Below, in pieces: positions 23,475 to 36,362 of a stretch of DNA of 47,559 nucleotides. Source of the DNA: Dirinaria sp. TL-2023a (lineage: Eukaryota); contig JAVEBF010000026.1 of the NCBI GenBank assembly GCA_051941275.1, positions 1 through 47,559 of the forward strand, written 5' to 3'. The position numbers were made by a program, and so were the translations under genes. Below the pieces are notes generated by a model. That model worked only from the letters and a program-made list of their open reading frames with translations, was not told the origin of the DNA and searched no databases. How positions within the stretch are numbered: the first letter of the stretch is position 1; each line of letters begins with the position of its first letter.

Positions 23475-25195
23475 AATTAATTCAACCCGTGCAGTTTCCA
23501 CTACACGAACCGTATTGCGACTTAACACCGATAGAAATCACGCATACGAAACTTGCTAATCCATAATTCTAAATCTAATGCTTTAAATTATAAATAAATT
23601 GCAAAAAAAAACTTTTTGCGCATATTCCGTTCAGCGCCTGACGAGTGGTTAGTACCTATCTGATGATTATTTCACCGTGACGTTCTTATTCACGATTACT
23701 AGTAATTCCTTTTTCACGCAGTCGAGTTACAGACATGCAGTCCATGTAAATTATATCCTATTTTAGGGGATTAGCTTAATTTCACAATTTTGCATCCCTT
23801 TGTAAAGGCATATGTGGCACGTTTATAGCCCATAATATTAAGGCCATGATGGCTTGTCCTAGTCCCTTTTATCATATCCATACGGCGTACTATTTTATAA
23901 AAAAATAAAACAAGGGTATACGTTAATTAGGTGGAACCAACCATAATCTCACGACATCAACTGAAGACAACCGTGCAGCACTTGTATAAATAAAATTTAT
24001 ATTCAAATTAATGGTAAGGTTTTTTGCGGATCATCAAATTAAACAACATACTTCACTACTTATCTCAGAAACGGTCTAATGATTTCAATTTCTATGTTGC
24101 CATTTTACTCTTAAGGTGGAATGCTTACACTTTCGTTTATAGTACAAATTTTATCTATACTATGACATTCATCGTTTTCTGCTGAGACTACTTGGGTATC
24201 TAATCCTTTTCGCTGTGCACAGCCTTCGTCCCTCAACGTCAGTTATTACATAAGAGGACGCTTTCGCTCTTACCAGTGCCATATATAGTGTTCTAGAATT
24301 TTATCTCTATACAAAATCAGTACTTTGGTGCCTCTTTACATGAAACTCTAGCTAATTAGTACTCTTTTGGAGCTTGATTAGCCGTCTAGGTACCCTTTAA
24401 ACCCATTAAAGATGAATAACACTAGTCTCTTACGTATTACCGCGACTGCTGGCACGTAATTTGGTCAAGACACATAGATAGAACAAGTCATCATCTTAAC
24501 TCTATCTAGAACTTTATTTGATCAAGTCAAAATTGCACCTACCTAATTCTATTTTAATCCCCATTAAAAAAAAAGATTAAGAAAATAGAGGAGTAAGTAC
24601 AACTAGCTTTAGCTATACATTCCTTCAAGTTGCTGGTTCAGCCGTTAGGCTATTGACCAAGATTCCTCACTGCTGTATTAATAATATTGGGATTTTTTCA
24701 GGCCCATTGTGGTCGATCAACCTCCCAGTTACGACTAGGGGATGAGAGTAGTTGATATAAAATACTATTTATAGACTACTCTCCGGAAAAATTTTTTAAT
24801 TCTTTTAATTTGTTTTCTTTTTCTTTTTATTAAAAAAAAAAAAGAATTCAAATTGTCCCCGAAGATAACTAACATCCAAGAGCGAAAACATGTTATTTTC
24901 TTTATATTTATTTCCTACGTATTTGATTATTTCCTGTGTATTTGTTTATTTCCTATGTATTTGTTTGTTTCCTATGTATATTTACTATAAGGGATTTCCT
25001 ATGTATATTTTACATAAGGGATTTCCTATATATATTTTGTATAAGGGATTTCCCCTTACTCTTGGGTAGTTAATAATCTAATACTCACCTTTACACCACT
25101 ATTAGTTAAATTAAAATAAAACTAATCGTTCGATTAGCATGTGTCAAGCATTTGAATAGCGTTCATTCAGAGCCATCATCAAACTCAAATATACT
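23475..25195 (-). rRNA. rns: Small subunit rRNA; ends approximate
   Basis: GAGTTTGATGATGGCTC, GTGCCAGCAGTCGCGGTAATAC, ATTAGATACCC and AAGTCGCAATACGG motifs. Confidence 0.95.
24909..25054. repeat. Tandem array inside rns (19-bp units, then ~27-bp units)
   Basis: Recurring TTTCCTATGTAT-like core. Confidence 0.85.
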
Positions 25196-25441
25196 GATAA
25201 TAATATTACAATCATTATCATTACTATTGTGTTTTATGCAAAATTTTTACATTTCTAATCTTTTCTACTTTTATAAAATTATTAATGATAAGCATGTTAT
25301 CATTAGCTTATTAAGACTATTTATAAAATTAAAAAATTTTAAGTATTGCAAATAAATATTTTGCGTTATTTATTTGGAAAAGAATTACATACTATTAATT
25401 AATGTATAGTAATTATATTGTATATCTATATAATATTTACG

Positions 25442-25692
25442 ATCTGGATACAAATAAGCCGGGTCCTGTTATTGTCTATGTGACTATATAAAAGCTAGGT
25501 CTAGGACTGCTAGTTCGCAACTATACAATACTAAATAAATGAAGAGTACTCTGCACGTTACCTATATAAATAGTACAATCATTAGTTTCTTTTAATTACC
25601 AAGGCTTTTACCTTTGTATTATTTTATAATTAAAATTAATTTTAAATATACATTAACCTTTTTAGCGCTGGACTTTCCTATAATATTCCAAA
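25442..25692 (-). ncRNA. rnpB: Mitochondrial RNase P RNA
   Basis: CR-I TAGGAAAGTCCAG (~25668-25680) and CR-V AACAGGACCCGGCTTA (~25455-25470) can form P4; ends pair TGGA/TCCA. Confidence 0.85.
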
Positions 25693-25759
25693 ATATCATT
25701 TGACAATATATATCACAGATATGTTGTTTGTTTTATACCACTATAATACGTTAGTAAGT

Positions 25760-26350
25760 ATGTGAAGACAAAATATTAGGAAATCATATACTTAAGTTAT
25801 ACTACAATATTATAATTAATCACAATTTAGATAATATGAAAATTGTTAACAAGTATAGCGACTTGGTATTACAACCCTTGAATATAACAACTACAACAAT
25901 AAGTGTTGCAATAATAGCCTTTTTTATAATTTTTATGCCTTTAAAGAGGAAGGTAATGAAAAATGGTGGTAATTTGTATTACTTTAAAGACAGAATAGTT
26001 AACAAAATAAAATTAGAGACTCGCTGGTTAGTAGTAATGAATTAGGTAAATTAAAACTTTAATACATTATGAAAAAGGGTATCTTTATTAATGGTGAAAT
26101 TTATTTATTACTGCACAGTAATACAAAATTACACTGCAAAACTAAGGAGATAAAATCTAGTTACTTACCGTACAGTGATTACTTAAATCTTTTAAATAGT
26201 ATAGACATAACTACTGCAATAAGGTCTAAGTAAAACATACTTAAATAAATAAAAATTTGTAATAAAAGATAAATAAAATGTTACTATATACAATTATTGT
26301 TAAATGAGTTAAAATTAATAATACTAATAATAAATGAGTAGATACTATAT
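25760..26350 (+). pseudogene. dpo: Degenerate C-terminal fragment of a plasmid DNA polymerase
   Basis: NGGNLYYFKDRIV (eroded YSDTDS motif) followed, frameshifted, by ELGKLKL*YIMKKGIFI. Confidence 0.65.
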
Positions 26351-27761
26351 TTTAAGTTGTGAACGATATCTATATATATAGATCTAGTTGTTTATTAAAT
26401 AAAATATTTAATACGTTAGGATAAGGTAAAGATAAAGACTAGAGTAACTTTTATTGTACACCAAAGTAAATATGGTGGATACAAATTATTATTAATTTTT
26501 TTTGTACTATGTGTTATAGGACTGCTATTATATGTGGCATATATATTAATGCTTGAAATAAGTGAAGTTTATGATATACCAAATAAAGATATTTATATTA
26601 ATATTGACAAGATCGTATACCAGTGGTTTAAATATTTTTTTGCGCTACGACACGCTAAAGGAGGGATACCTTATTCTTAGCTTAATTTTTATTTTACTTT
26701 TTCCCTTTTATTTTTCTACAACCATAATACATACAATGAGTATTTTGGTTATCTAATAATATTTTATTTAAATAAACAATATTTTTTGTTATTTATAAAA
26801 ATAAAAGAAAATGAATCCGAAAATTAATATGATTATTAAAATGAAAACGAAAATTAATTTTAGAAATCTTGCTTATTTTACTTTTTCGTATCATACTACA
26901 TATTTGGATATTTATACTTCTTTATATAGATGGCCTTTGCTACTATTTATCTTTATGTACCCTCTATTAAACTAATTAACTTATATTTTTTAATTTTCAT
27001 ATGAATGATTTTACTCTTTTTATAAATAAATTTGTTTGTTTCCTTTTTTATGCTAAAAAATTGAGTTTAAGAGCTATAACTACATAAAAATATACACTAT
27101 TTAAGTTATTTAGTACTCATATATCTAAATATGAATCTACTAGAACAAGACAATATATTAGTCCTCCTGTCTTAGTTAATCATGATTTGTTAGGAGGTTC
27201 AATTAAAATAATTTTTTTTAAATAATAATATCTCTTACCTTTATAAGGTAGAGAATTTAATTTTATTTATATAATAAATAAGAATGAAGAATAAAAAAAG
27301 TCATAAAGATAAAATATTAGTATTTGATCACAATTTTAAATTTTATTTATGTTAACAGTAATCCTTATTATATATTAACAATAAAGCATTTACATAATAA
27401 AACTATAGAAAGATATAAAAATTAATTATCCGCTATATTATTAATTAGAGTAATAGATTCTAATAAATATAATCATATTATAATAAAAACATTTAAAAAG
27501 ATATATACTATACAAGATAATAATATAACTAAAATCACTAAAAAATAGGCTAGAAACCATTATTTAAGTATAGTATAAGGTATAAAATTTTTATACTTAA
27601 TCCGAATATATGAGTTTTCTATACTTAAATTTTTGTATCTCATGATAATATAAATAAAATATATACCTTAGGTATATAGCTGTATTATATACAGATACTA
27701 CTATTTATTATATTAATAATAAATTAAATACTGATATAGTAATTTGAGCATTTTACTAGTT

Positions 27762-28541
27762 TTAATGTAAATCTAAACCATCTTTAATATAACTACAAGA
27801 TAACACCACAAATACTTGTGCTTGTATAAATGATATCCCAAACTCTAAGCCTGAGAATGCTATAATAAAACTTAAAGGAATCAAACCTATAAAAAATAAA
27901 GCGAAATTAGTAGTCATAATATTATAGGTGAAACCGCTTAAAATATTAAGCAGCATATGCCCGCTCAATATGTTCGCGGCTAGTCTAAGGCCTAGAGAAA
28001 CATTTCTAGCCAAGTATGAAATAAACTCTATTAATACTAGTAGGGGCAATAAAGCTAAAGGACACCCGGCTGGTACGAATAAAGAAAAAAATTTTAATCA
28101 GTGTTCTTCTAGTCCTAAGATAGTTGCAGAAAACACTACTGTAAAACTAATAGAAAATGTTAAAATAAAATGGGAGGTAGATGCAAAACTGTATGGCACC
28201 ATACCTAGTAAATTATTTACTAATATAAATAAGAAAAGTGCAAAAATAAATGGGAAATAAATTTGTCCTCTACTAATATTTATTTGATTCAAAACTATAG
28301 TATGTACAGTTGCGTATATAGACTCCTGGCCTAAAGATCAAACACCTGCGACCGTCTCTTTATGTTTGGGTACTAATTTATTTATTATTACTGTTATTAA
28401 TGCAGCACTTAATATATATATACCTATATTGGTTATAGATGCGTGAACATTTGCTAAAATGGGTGCATCAAAAATTATATAATCTCTTACTTTAAACTGT
28501 TCAAGAGGACTCGATATAAATAACTGCTTCTCAATTTCCAT
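27762..28541 (-). CDS. atp6: ATP synthase subunit 6 (259 aa)
   Basis: SPLEQF, SLGLRLAANILSGH and IQAQVF motifs. Confidence 0.97.
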
Positions 28542-28885
28542 GTATTTAACAAGAGATGTAAAAATAGTTTAACAGTTTTATAATAAAAATCTTTCTGTAA
28601 AATATAATTTTGTAAAAGATCTAGCTCTTTGTATTTAACTATTTGTGCTACAATAACTTACTTAGACTAAAATTTATCTTTCTTTTTAAATTTATAAATA
28701 ATTGGATTAGACTATGTATCATCCTTAGACATCAGACCCATAACATTATCACAAAATACAAGCAGTATTTTACTAATATCGTTACCAATACAATTAAATG
28801 GAAATTAAAAAAAACATATGTTTTTGTATAATACATTTATTTTTATTAAAAAACAAATAGTGATGGCTATAACGTATTACACTAA

Positions 28886-29032
28886 TTATAGTTGACTTAT
28901 ATAAAGGCGTATTAAATACAATAGTACAAATTTTGGTAATATGTATTTTGATAAAACGTATATAATCAGTACAAGTAGTATATAAGCAAACATAATTTCA
29001 TTAATATAATAAAAAGGTGTTAACTGTGGCAT
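28886..29032 (-). CDS. atp8: ATP synthase subunit 8 (48 aa); absent from the ORF track
   Basis: MPQLTPFYYINEIMFAYILLVLIIYVLSKYILPKFVLLYLIRLYISQL*. Confidence 0.96.
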   Translation of the reverse strand: MPQLTPFYYINEIMFAYILLVLIIYVLSKYILPKFVLLYLIRLYISQL

Positions 29033-30341
29033 ATTTTATAAAAATATCTAAAGATAACAATGGTACAGTTAGCACCAAAATAAAATTATATAATAAAAAA
29101 TTAAAAAAAATGTATGCAAAACAAGTAGGTATATAGCCAAATATATTTTTATAGCCTCCTTTAACAAAAAAACAGGTATAGGCAACATTTTATTCCTAGA
29201 GTAAGACATTTAAATAGTAAATAGTGTTGTTAAACTCTAAAATTATTATGAATTACTTGAAATGTTTTATTTCCTAAACACCAGTATTTGCAGTTAACGG
29301 CTGATTTAAAGGTATTAGATTTGCTGTAAAGTACTATTTATATTTTAAATTAACCAAAAAATTAGAGGGTATAAGCTAGATATAACTTTGATAACACTCT
29401 ATTAAAGCAAAAACGCCTTTTTCCTTTCATTTTTTTATTTTCTTTTAATCCTCTCTTTTTCTACTTCTTTCCGCAGGAATACGCTTTTTATGTATAAAAT
29501 ATATCGCTTAGTTTCTTTCTTGTTGTTACTATTTGTTGCTGTTTTGGAGATATAGTTCGCGCCACTTACGATCGCGTATTCGGTGACTTAGCGTTTTTGA
29601 ATTTATTGTTCCTTTATTCCTTGCAGTCCTTTGGTAGTGTCTGTCTTACATTTTGTATGGTGCTTAAGTAGGTAAACCTAATAGACTTTTTTTATATTTT
29701 TAACTCATGATGAATACAAAACTTAGAACTAAGAGAATACGTAGAATACATAGCAAAATTAGTATGAATTCAAAAATTAGGAATCCTGTTTTTAACTATC
29801 ATCTTTATACGTATGATCTCATTTATTATCAGTCATTTACGTCTCCTCCCTCTTCTCAGACTCGATCTTATTTTTCCTCTTCTTATCAGTATTGTGTAGC
29901 CTCGCAAAAATATTAAAATTAATATTAATATTTTTGCTCGAGAAGATAAAATTATACCAACTCTTTTAGAATTATAAGGAGAAATAAGCGGAGAAGTGCG
30001 TCTAGTAACTGAAGTGCTCACACGTGAATAACGACGACGACTTGAATAAGACCGAATGAAAGAAGACTTGTTTCTTTTAAGCGATAAAGAGATAGAATAG
30101 TTGGAATAAATATGAAAAACCAAAATGTAATTAGTAGTTTTATCAGGACTGCGTGAGCCGGTATTAGAAAGTAAAATAAATTGTTTACTATAAGTTTTAA
30201 TTAAATAATATAAAAAAGTATCGAGAAGAAAGAATCCCGAAAAAAAGGGTAGCCTAACGTAAGTGAAGGATAGAAAAAATGTAAAAAATCAAAAAAAAAA
30301 TAATAAATCTCAGGGTACCCTCCATAACAGGCACCAAAGAA

Positions 30342-30810
30342 ATGATGGATTCTTGTATTATATTTTTTGTTATAAAGGTTTATACTATTATAAATATCGG
30401 AGATAAATATTTAGCTATTGTTAAAGTTAGGTACAAATCCGATCAATTTGCTATGATTGGTACGCAAAAAGCTTTGGCATATGATAGTGTACAAAATTTA
30501 GTTGATCTAAAAGGTGTCTTTATAATGTTAAGAAAATTACTTGACAGATATGACCTTTGTGATGACGAAGTGGCTTTTGTTCAGTATATTATTACTGAAG
30601 TTAATAATAAATTTATCTCTTATTTTAGCTTTGATGCTGAAGACTCTTACTATTCTGTTTATCACTGGTTTTAGCTTTTATGCTGAAGATTTTGACTAGT
30701 ATATTTATCTGTATAATCAATAGATCTTACATCTTCTTTCGAAAAATCGGTAATTATACTAGTATTTACTTTTCTAGAGCGTCAGACTAAATTATTCCCT
30801 ATTTAGGGTA
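30342..30810 (+). pseudogene. Probable N-terminal fragment of a plasmid DNA polymerase
   Basis: KVRYKSDQFAMIGTQ...DLKGV...LLDRY resembles, from memory, fungal plasmid dpo N-termini; same strand as the other dpo pieces. Confidence 0.55.
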
Positions 30811-31080
30811 TATAATTTAATTACGAGTTATTAGATTTACTGTTTTTATACGTATAAATATGCACTAACTTAGTGGATAAAGCTCTGTTATCTAAATTGT
30901 ATAGAGGGTAACTCGCTGTTAATATAACTAACCGACCTTATGTATTATTAGCATACTTTAGTCCTATATAAAATATGTATGCATTAGGTTTAATGGCTAT
31001 AAAAGCCATATGCTTTTATTTTTGGGGGGGGGTTAAGGAAATTTTTGAGGCTCACTAAGGGCGTTTTATACTTTTATTTG

Positions 31081-31509
31081 CTAAAATATACCTATGGGTT
31101 TTATATATACTTCTATATATATGTCGCTAACATATTCTGAACCATAAGTTTGTAAATGTTGTGCTAAAAGATATGGAACAATTGCATAAAGATTTTCTAT
31201 ATTATTAGAACCTTCATAACAAAAATGAAAATCCCGAGCTTCTATATTAAATCTATAATTACTTATCATAAAGTCAGAATTATAAATACCATAAGATATA
31301 TCATAGGAAAGAAATTTACGTTTAAAAAGATAAAACCTAGAGATATCTAAAATAGAAAAATGTAATTTTATTGGTCCAGGATAAGACGGAGTACTAAGAA
31401 CTGTAGCATAAGAGCGTGCCTGCAAGGTTAAAGGCAAAGGCAAAGAAATAGCGTTAGCAAAATTTTTAATCTTTATTTTAGATTTAATAAACATATTTTT
31501 AAAAAACAT
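31081..31509 (-). CDS. Hypothetical protein, 142 aa, overlapping the nad4 stop
   Basis: Open ATG-TAG frame starting 11 nt inside nad4. Confidence 0.55.
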   Translation of the reverse strand: MFFKNMFIKSKIKIKNFANAISLPLPLTLQARSYATVLSTPSYPGPIKLHFSILDISRFYLFKRKFLSYDISYGIYNSDFMISNYRFNIEARDFHFCYEGSNNIENLYAIVPYLLAQHLQTYGSEYVSDIYIEVYIKPIGIF

Positions 31510-32971
31510 AAATATTTGAATAAGCTAATAAAGAAACAGAGTAATGTAAACCATCTAATATAGGGGCAGGGTACACACCAAAAATTATTGTGAAAATGAC
31601 TAATGTTACTAGAATAGAAAATTCACGTTTGTTTAAGTCAGGTATGTTAACATTAAAAAACTTAGAAAATGAACCTGCAAAACTTATTCTATTAAACATA
31701 TAGATAGTATACGCAGCCGAAAATATAATAGAAGAACTTGCTAAAACGCCTAAAGCAGGCAGTCTTTCAAAAACACCGTACAATGACATAAATTCACCAA
31801 GAAAATTAAGAGTAAGAGGTACAGCACAATTCCCTAAACATAATATAAAAAATACTATAGAAAACAAAGGCATTATTTGAGCAATTCCTCTGTAGTATGT
31901 TATTAGTCTAGTAGAAGATCTATCATATAACACACCTCCTGCACATATAAATAAACCAGATGAAACAAAACCATGGGCTAACCCTAAAATTATTCCACCT
32001 TCTACTCCCTGAATAGTGTTACTAAATACACCTAAAAGATATACTGCTGCATGTGATACAGATGAATAAGCAATAAGTTCTTTAACATCTGTCGTTCTTA
32101 ATGTACTTATACTAGCATAAATAATAGTTATTACACCTATAAGGTAAACTATATAAGTATAATTTAAAGAAGCTTTACTTAACATAGGTAAAATTAATCT
32201 AAGTATACCATATAAACTTAATTTTAAAACTATACCAGCTAATATTATACTACCAGCTAAAGGAGATTCAACATGAGCTTTTAAAAGTCATGTATTTAAA
32301 AAAATAGTTGGTGTTTTAACAGCGAAGGCTATAAATATACCATAGAATATAAATAATTGACTTGAATAAGTAAAGTTGCTTTTAAGTAGTACGTTATAAT
32401 CTGTGGTACCCATTATGGAACACATTGTAATAATAGATAAAAGCAAAAATAAAGATCCTAAAAGTGTATATAAAAATAAGTAAAAACTTGCTCTTACCTT
32501 ATTTTTTGAACCAAATAAACCTATTAATATAAATATAGGGGGCAAAATACTTTCAAAAAATATATAAAAGAGAAATAAATCTAAAACCATAAATACCGCT
32601 AATAAAAGCGTTTCAAGCAATAGTATTATTATTACATAAGATCTTACATTTTCGGATACAGATGTTCAATTTGAGAGTAATGAAATAGTCATTATAAATG
32701 TTGTTAATAAAACAAAATATACCGAAATACCGTCTAAACCTAAATAAAAATCATAAAAGCTTATTTTGTGACATTCCTGTACAAATTGAAATTGATTGCT
32801 AGAAAAATCAAAAAATATAAAAATAAACAACGAGATAAATAAATTTATTATACTTGTGCTTAAGGCTGTGTATTTGATTCGTTTAATGTTTAAATATGAT
32901 AAGTTATAAGAGATAAAACTAGAAATAATAATAACACCCATTATAGGTATTAATAATAAGGAAGCTAACAT
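31499..32971 (-). CDS. nad4: NADH dehydrogenase subunit 4 (490 aa)
   Basis: YIFFESILPP, WLLKAHVESPLAGS and KELIAYSSVSH motifs. Confidence 0.97.
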
Positions 32972-33179
32972 AATGTCTAGAGAAGTTTAAAAGTAATTTC
33001 CAACAATATCATTTATCTCTGATAAAAAGTAACACCATTTATGTATATATATGGTATAATGTTTAAAGATCTGATTTTTTATCTTTCCGCATATTACGCA
33101 TAAAATTTAGTATAACATCTCTAAATTTTAATTTATTTAACTGCATGTATTTAACACCTCTTAAGAGATAATAGCTTAA

Positions 33180-35222
33180 TTATAATAAATACACATTAGT
33201 TGCTATTGTGTCAAAGCTATGTAATGCGCAAGGTATTACTATTATAAATGAAATAACTAAAGGTAAAAGTATGGTTCAACAAAATGACATTAATTGATCA
33301 AAACGTATTCTAGGAAATGAAGCTCTAGCTCATATAAAAACGAAAATCAAGATACAAGTTTTTAATCCTAAAGCAAAACCATACAGTATTCCTTCTGTTA
33401 AAGGATATGAAAAGTAACCTTCTATATAAAATAAGTAATTATGTAATATTTTTATTGGTATATATTCTAAGATATTTATGTCAAAGTCATATGTAAATAA
33501 TATTAATGATTTTGCATCTCCTGTAATTATTCATTGATAAATATTATAAATAACATTAATATTAAATACTATTATTAGTTGTATAGCACAGATAATAAAA
33601 ACTATAAAATATCAAAGATAGTCTAGTAATATGTGTAAACTTACAAAGTTAATAGAATATAATTGGTATCCACCTAAAAATAATAGACTCATTAAAATAC
33701 AAATAAGAACAATACTAGCATATTCAGCCAAAAAAAAAAACACAAATATAACCGCAGCATGCTCTGTCATGAAACCACTAACTAGTTCTGATTCCTTTTT
33801 ATGTATAAAACAGATTTATATTTATCTCTAGCTTATATAGTCTAAAATGATCTTTTTTTTGTAAAAATTATTATCTTAGTTTAAATACTTAATTAACGTA
33901 ACTTCCGATATTTTTAAATAATTAGGTAATCTAGTATTGTTTCAAACTTTAACTTTAAACGATGATTTAAATAGTAAATACTTATTATATTTGGACGCAT
34001 AGTCTACAGAGCAATGTAAGCAAAAAAAAACTTTTTTATTAACTGTATTTTTAATCAAATAATATATTTAATATATAATTATTACTGATTAAGCTTAATG
34101 TAGCTTTATCACAATTTTACCGAACATACGAGAATTGTTTTATTTTTAAATGTTTGAAACACTTTAGTGTTTATATTGTTCTTATGAACAGAAAAAATTT
34201 ATAAATATTCATAATAATAAAATATTTAAATAATATTTCTTTTTAGAAAGTATTTAGATAGAAAAATTAGACTTATCTAGATTGTATATCTCAAAAATAT
34301 TTTGTAATGCCTTATTAGATTTTTTGTTGGAATATGTTTGGCTAGTCTTAAAGGTCTTTTACACCATCAATAAGCAGTATTTATACATATCTTGTTTTTA
34401 CAAACAAGGTTGGACTATATATTATATAATATTAATATAAATATTATACGATCACGTACAGTCTCTGAGGATCCTTATAAAATTTAAACAAATCTTTTGG
34501 TTTCCTGCTGATTGTCCTTTACTGTTAAAGTTAAAGGGTTTTCCAGCAAACAGTGATCTTTCACGAGGCCAAATCAGTTAGTAAATAGCCTCAGCTAAAT
34601 CAAAAGGAGCTCTGTTTGTTTCTGCTATAGAACCTATAAAAAATATAATAAATACAGGTAATAAGGGAAGTATGAACCAAACAGGTCTTTGAGCTTCTAC
34701 ATTAACTGTTAAATTCAAACTACCTGTTAATAAAATAACAAGCAAAATAACTGAACTTAGTATAAGTTCGTAACTAATTAACTGAGCTGTACTTCTCAGT
34801 GAACCTAAAAACGCATACTTAGAATTAGCAGATCAACCTGCTAATAGTATACCATATGTAGATAAGGAGGAGACTGCCAAAAGATACAAAATGCCTAAAT
34901 TAAAATCTGAGATAGCCACACCCGGACCATAAGGTATTACTGAATAACCTAGTAATGAAAAAATCAAAGTAACAAGTGGTCCAAGAAAAAAAAGCATTAT
35001 GTTTGCTTGTGTTGGTGAAATGTATTCTTTTAAAAGAAGTTTTAAAGCATCTGCAAATGCTTGTAAAAGACCGTAATAACCAACAATATTAGGTCCCAAT
35101 CTTCTTTGCATGCTCGCCATTGTTTTTCTTTCTGCTACTGTTACGAAAGCCACAGTTAGTAACACAGGTACAGTAAATATTAAAACTTCAATAACAGAAA
35201 TTATTAGGGGTGAGTACAACAT
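33180..35222 (-). CDS. nad1: NADH dehydrogenase subunit 1; exons 35222-34587 and 33794-33180
   Basis: [32 protein letters not shown] and [13 protein letters not shown] motifs. Confidence 0.96.
33795..34586 (-). other. Group I intron after nad1 nt 636 with an eroded, probably GIY-YIG, ORF
   Basis: GCT|...G|GAA junctions; core TCAGAGACTGTACGTG and [19 protein letters not shown] remnant. Confidence 0.88.
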
Positions 35223-35726
35223 TCAATATATTTTTAAATATCTTTTTTTCATAATAGATAAAATATGTGTAAACTGTGATAAATGAAAAAAGTAAAAATT
35301 TAAAAATAATGAGACTTTTAATTATATCTTATTTAGTAATTTTATTCTCATTTTTTTATAAAATAGAATAAAATAAAAAATAAACATTATCAATTATTAA
35401 TAGTTATTAACTTACACATCTCTAAATTTATTTCAAACTTTTAATTATAAGAAAATTTTTTATTATTTGTAAAGATTTTTGTTTTAAACATTAAATATAA
35501 CACTATTTTTTATTTTATTATTACAAACCCTAATACATCAGTCCAATAAGTATTAATAAAAAAACAACAACTTGTTTTTTATTAAGCCTAAGGTAAAAAC
35601 TATATAATTTTATTTAAATTATTCATATCTAAATTGTATTGGAGATTTAAGTGGAACTGATGCAAGCCTTGCAATATAACCATAGCTGCTTTAAATATTT
35701 TACTTACTTTAAATTTATTTGAAAAG

Positions 35727-35959
35727 ACTAGAACCCTTAGGCTTTAAGAGGATTTGGGAATTATTCTTCTCCTAAGGTATCTAGATTTGCCAATTTCTCA
35801 GCATTTAATCTTACTAAATACTTGCGGTAAATTCCCGTTAATTAAATCATTTACCACATTAGAGGATAAGATACCCTTTATTTTTTTATAAAAAAAAACA
35901 AAGAGTAAACTTGTTATCTTCGCCCTTCTTATACAAGGCGAAGAATATGACAAACAGGT
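35727..35959. repeat. Dispersed ~230-bp repeat, copy 1
   Basis: Colinear with 41015-41235, e.g. TATACAAGGCGAAGAATATGACAAACAGGT. Confidence 0.9.
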
Positions 35960-36362
35960 ATATAAAACCTAATAATTTCCTCTATAGTAAGCACATTAAT
36001 TTATTTTTATGCGCTAACTACGAAAAGATAACAGCAATAAAAATAAAAAACATAATTGCTAAACCTACAACCTATCATAAAAAGCAGTTCAATCTATAAA
36101 ACATACATTCTTCGTTTATTTTCTTTTATGATAATAAAAGAAAATAAACAGGAATATAAAGTTTACCTTTAAAGATTAAAGTACTTTTTCCATGTCCTTT
36201 AAATTATGACGAGTGCAAGGTTTAATATTATTTGGATATTATTGACTACTATTTTTATCTGCGTTAGCTAAAAGTTTATAAGGATTATTATATACAAGTC
36301 AAGCAGTTTTAAGCTACAGGATCTCTCTTGAATATTCTCAATATCCAAATGTTAGTATATAC

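Noticed and set aside
24909..25054. CRISPR-like array
   Set aside because: The inter-repeat segments resemble each other, the array lies inside rns, and there are no cas genes.
26400..27700. Hydrophobic plus-strand mini-ORFs after the dpo fragment
   Set aside because: Very AT-rich with many stops; possibly plasmid debris but nothing identifiable.
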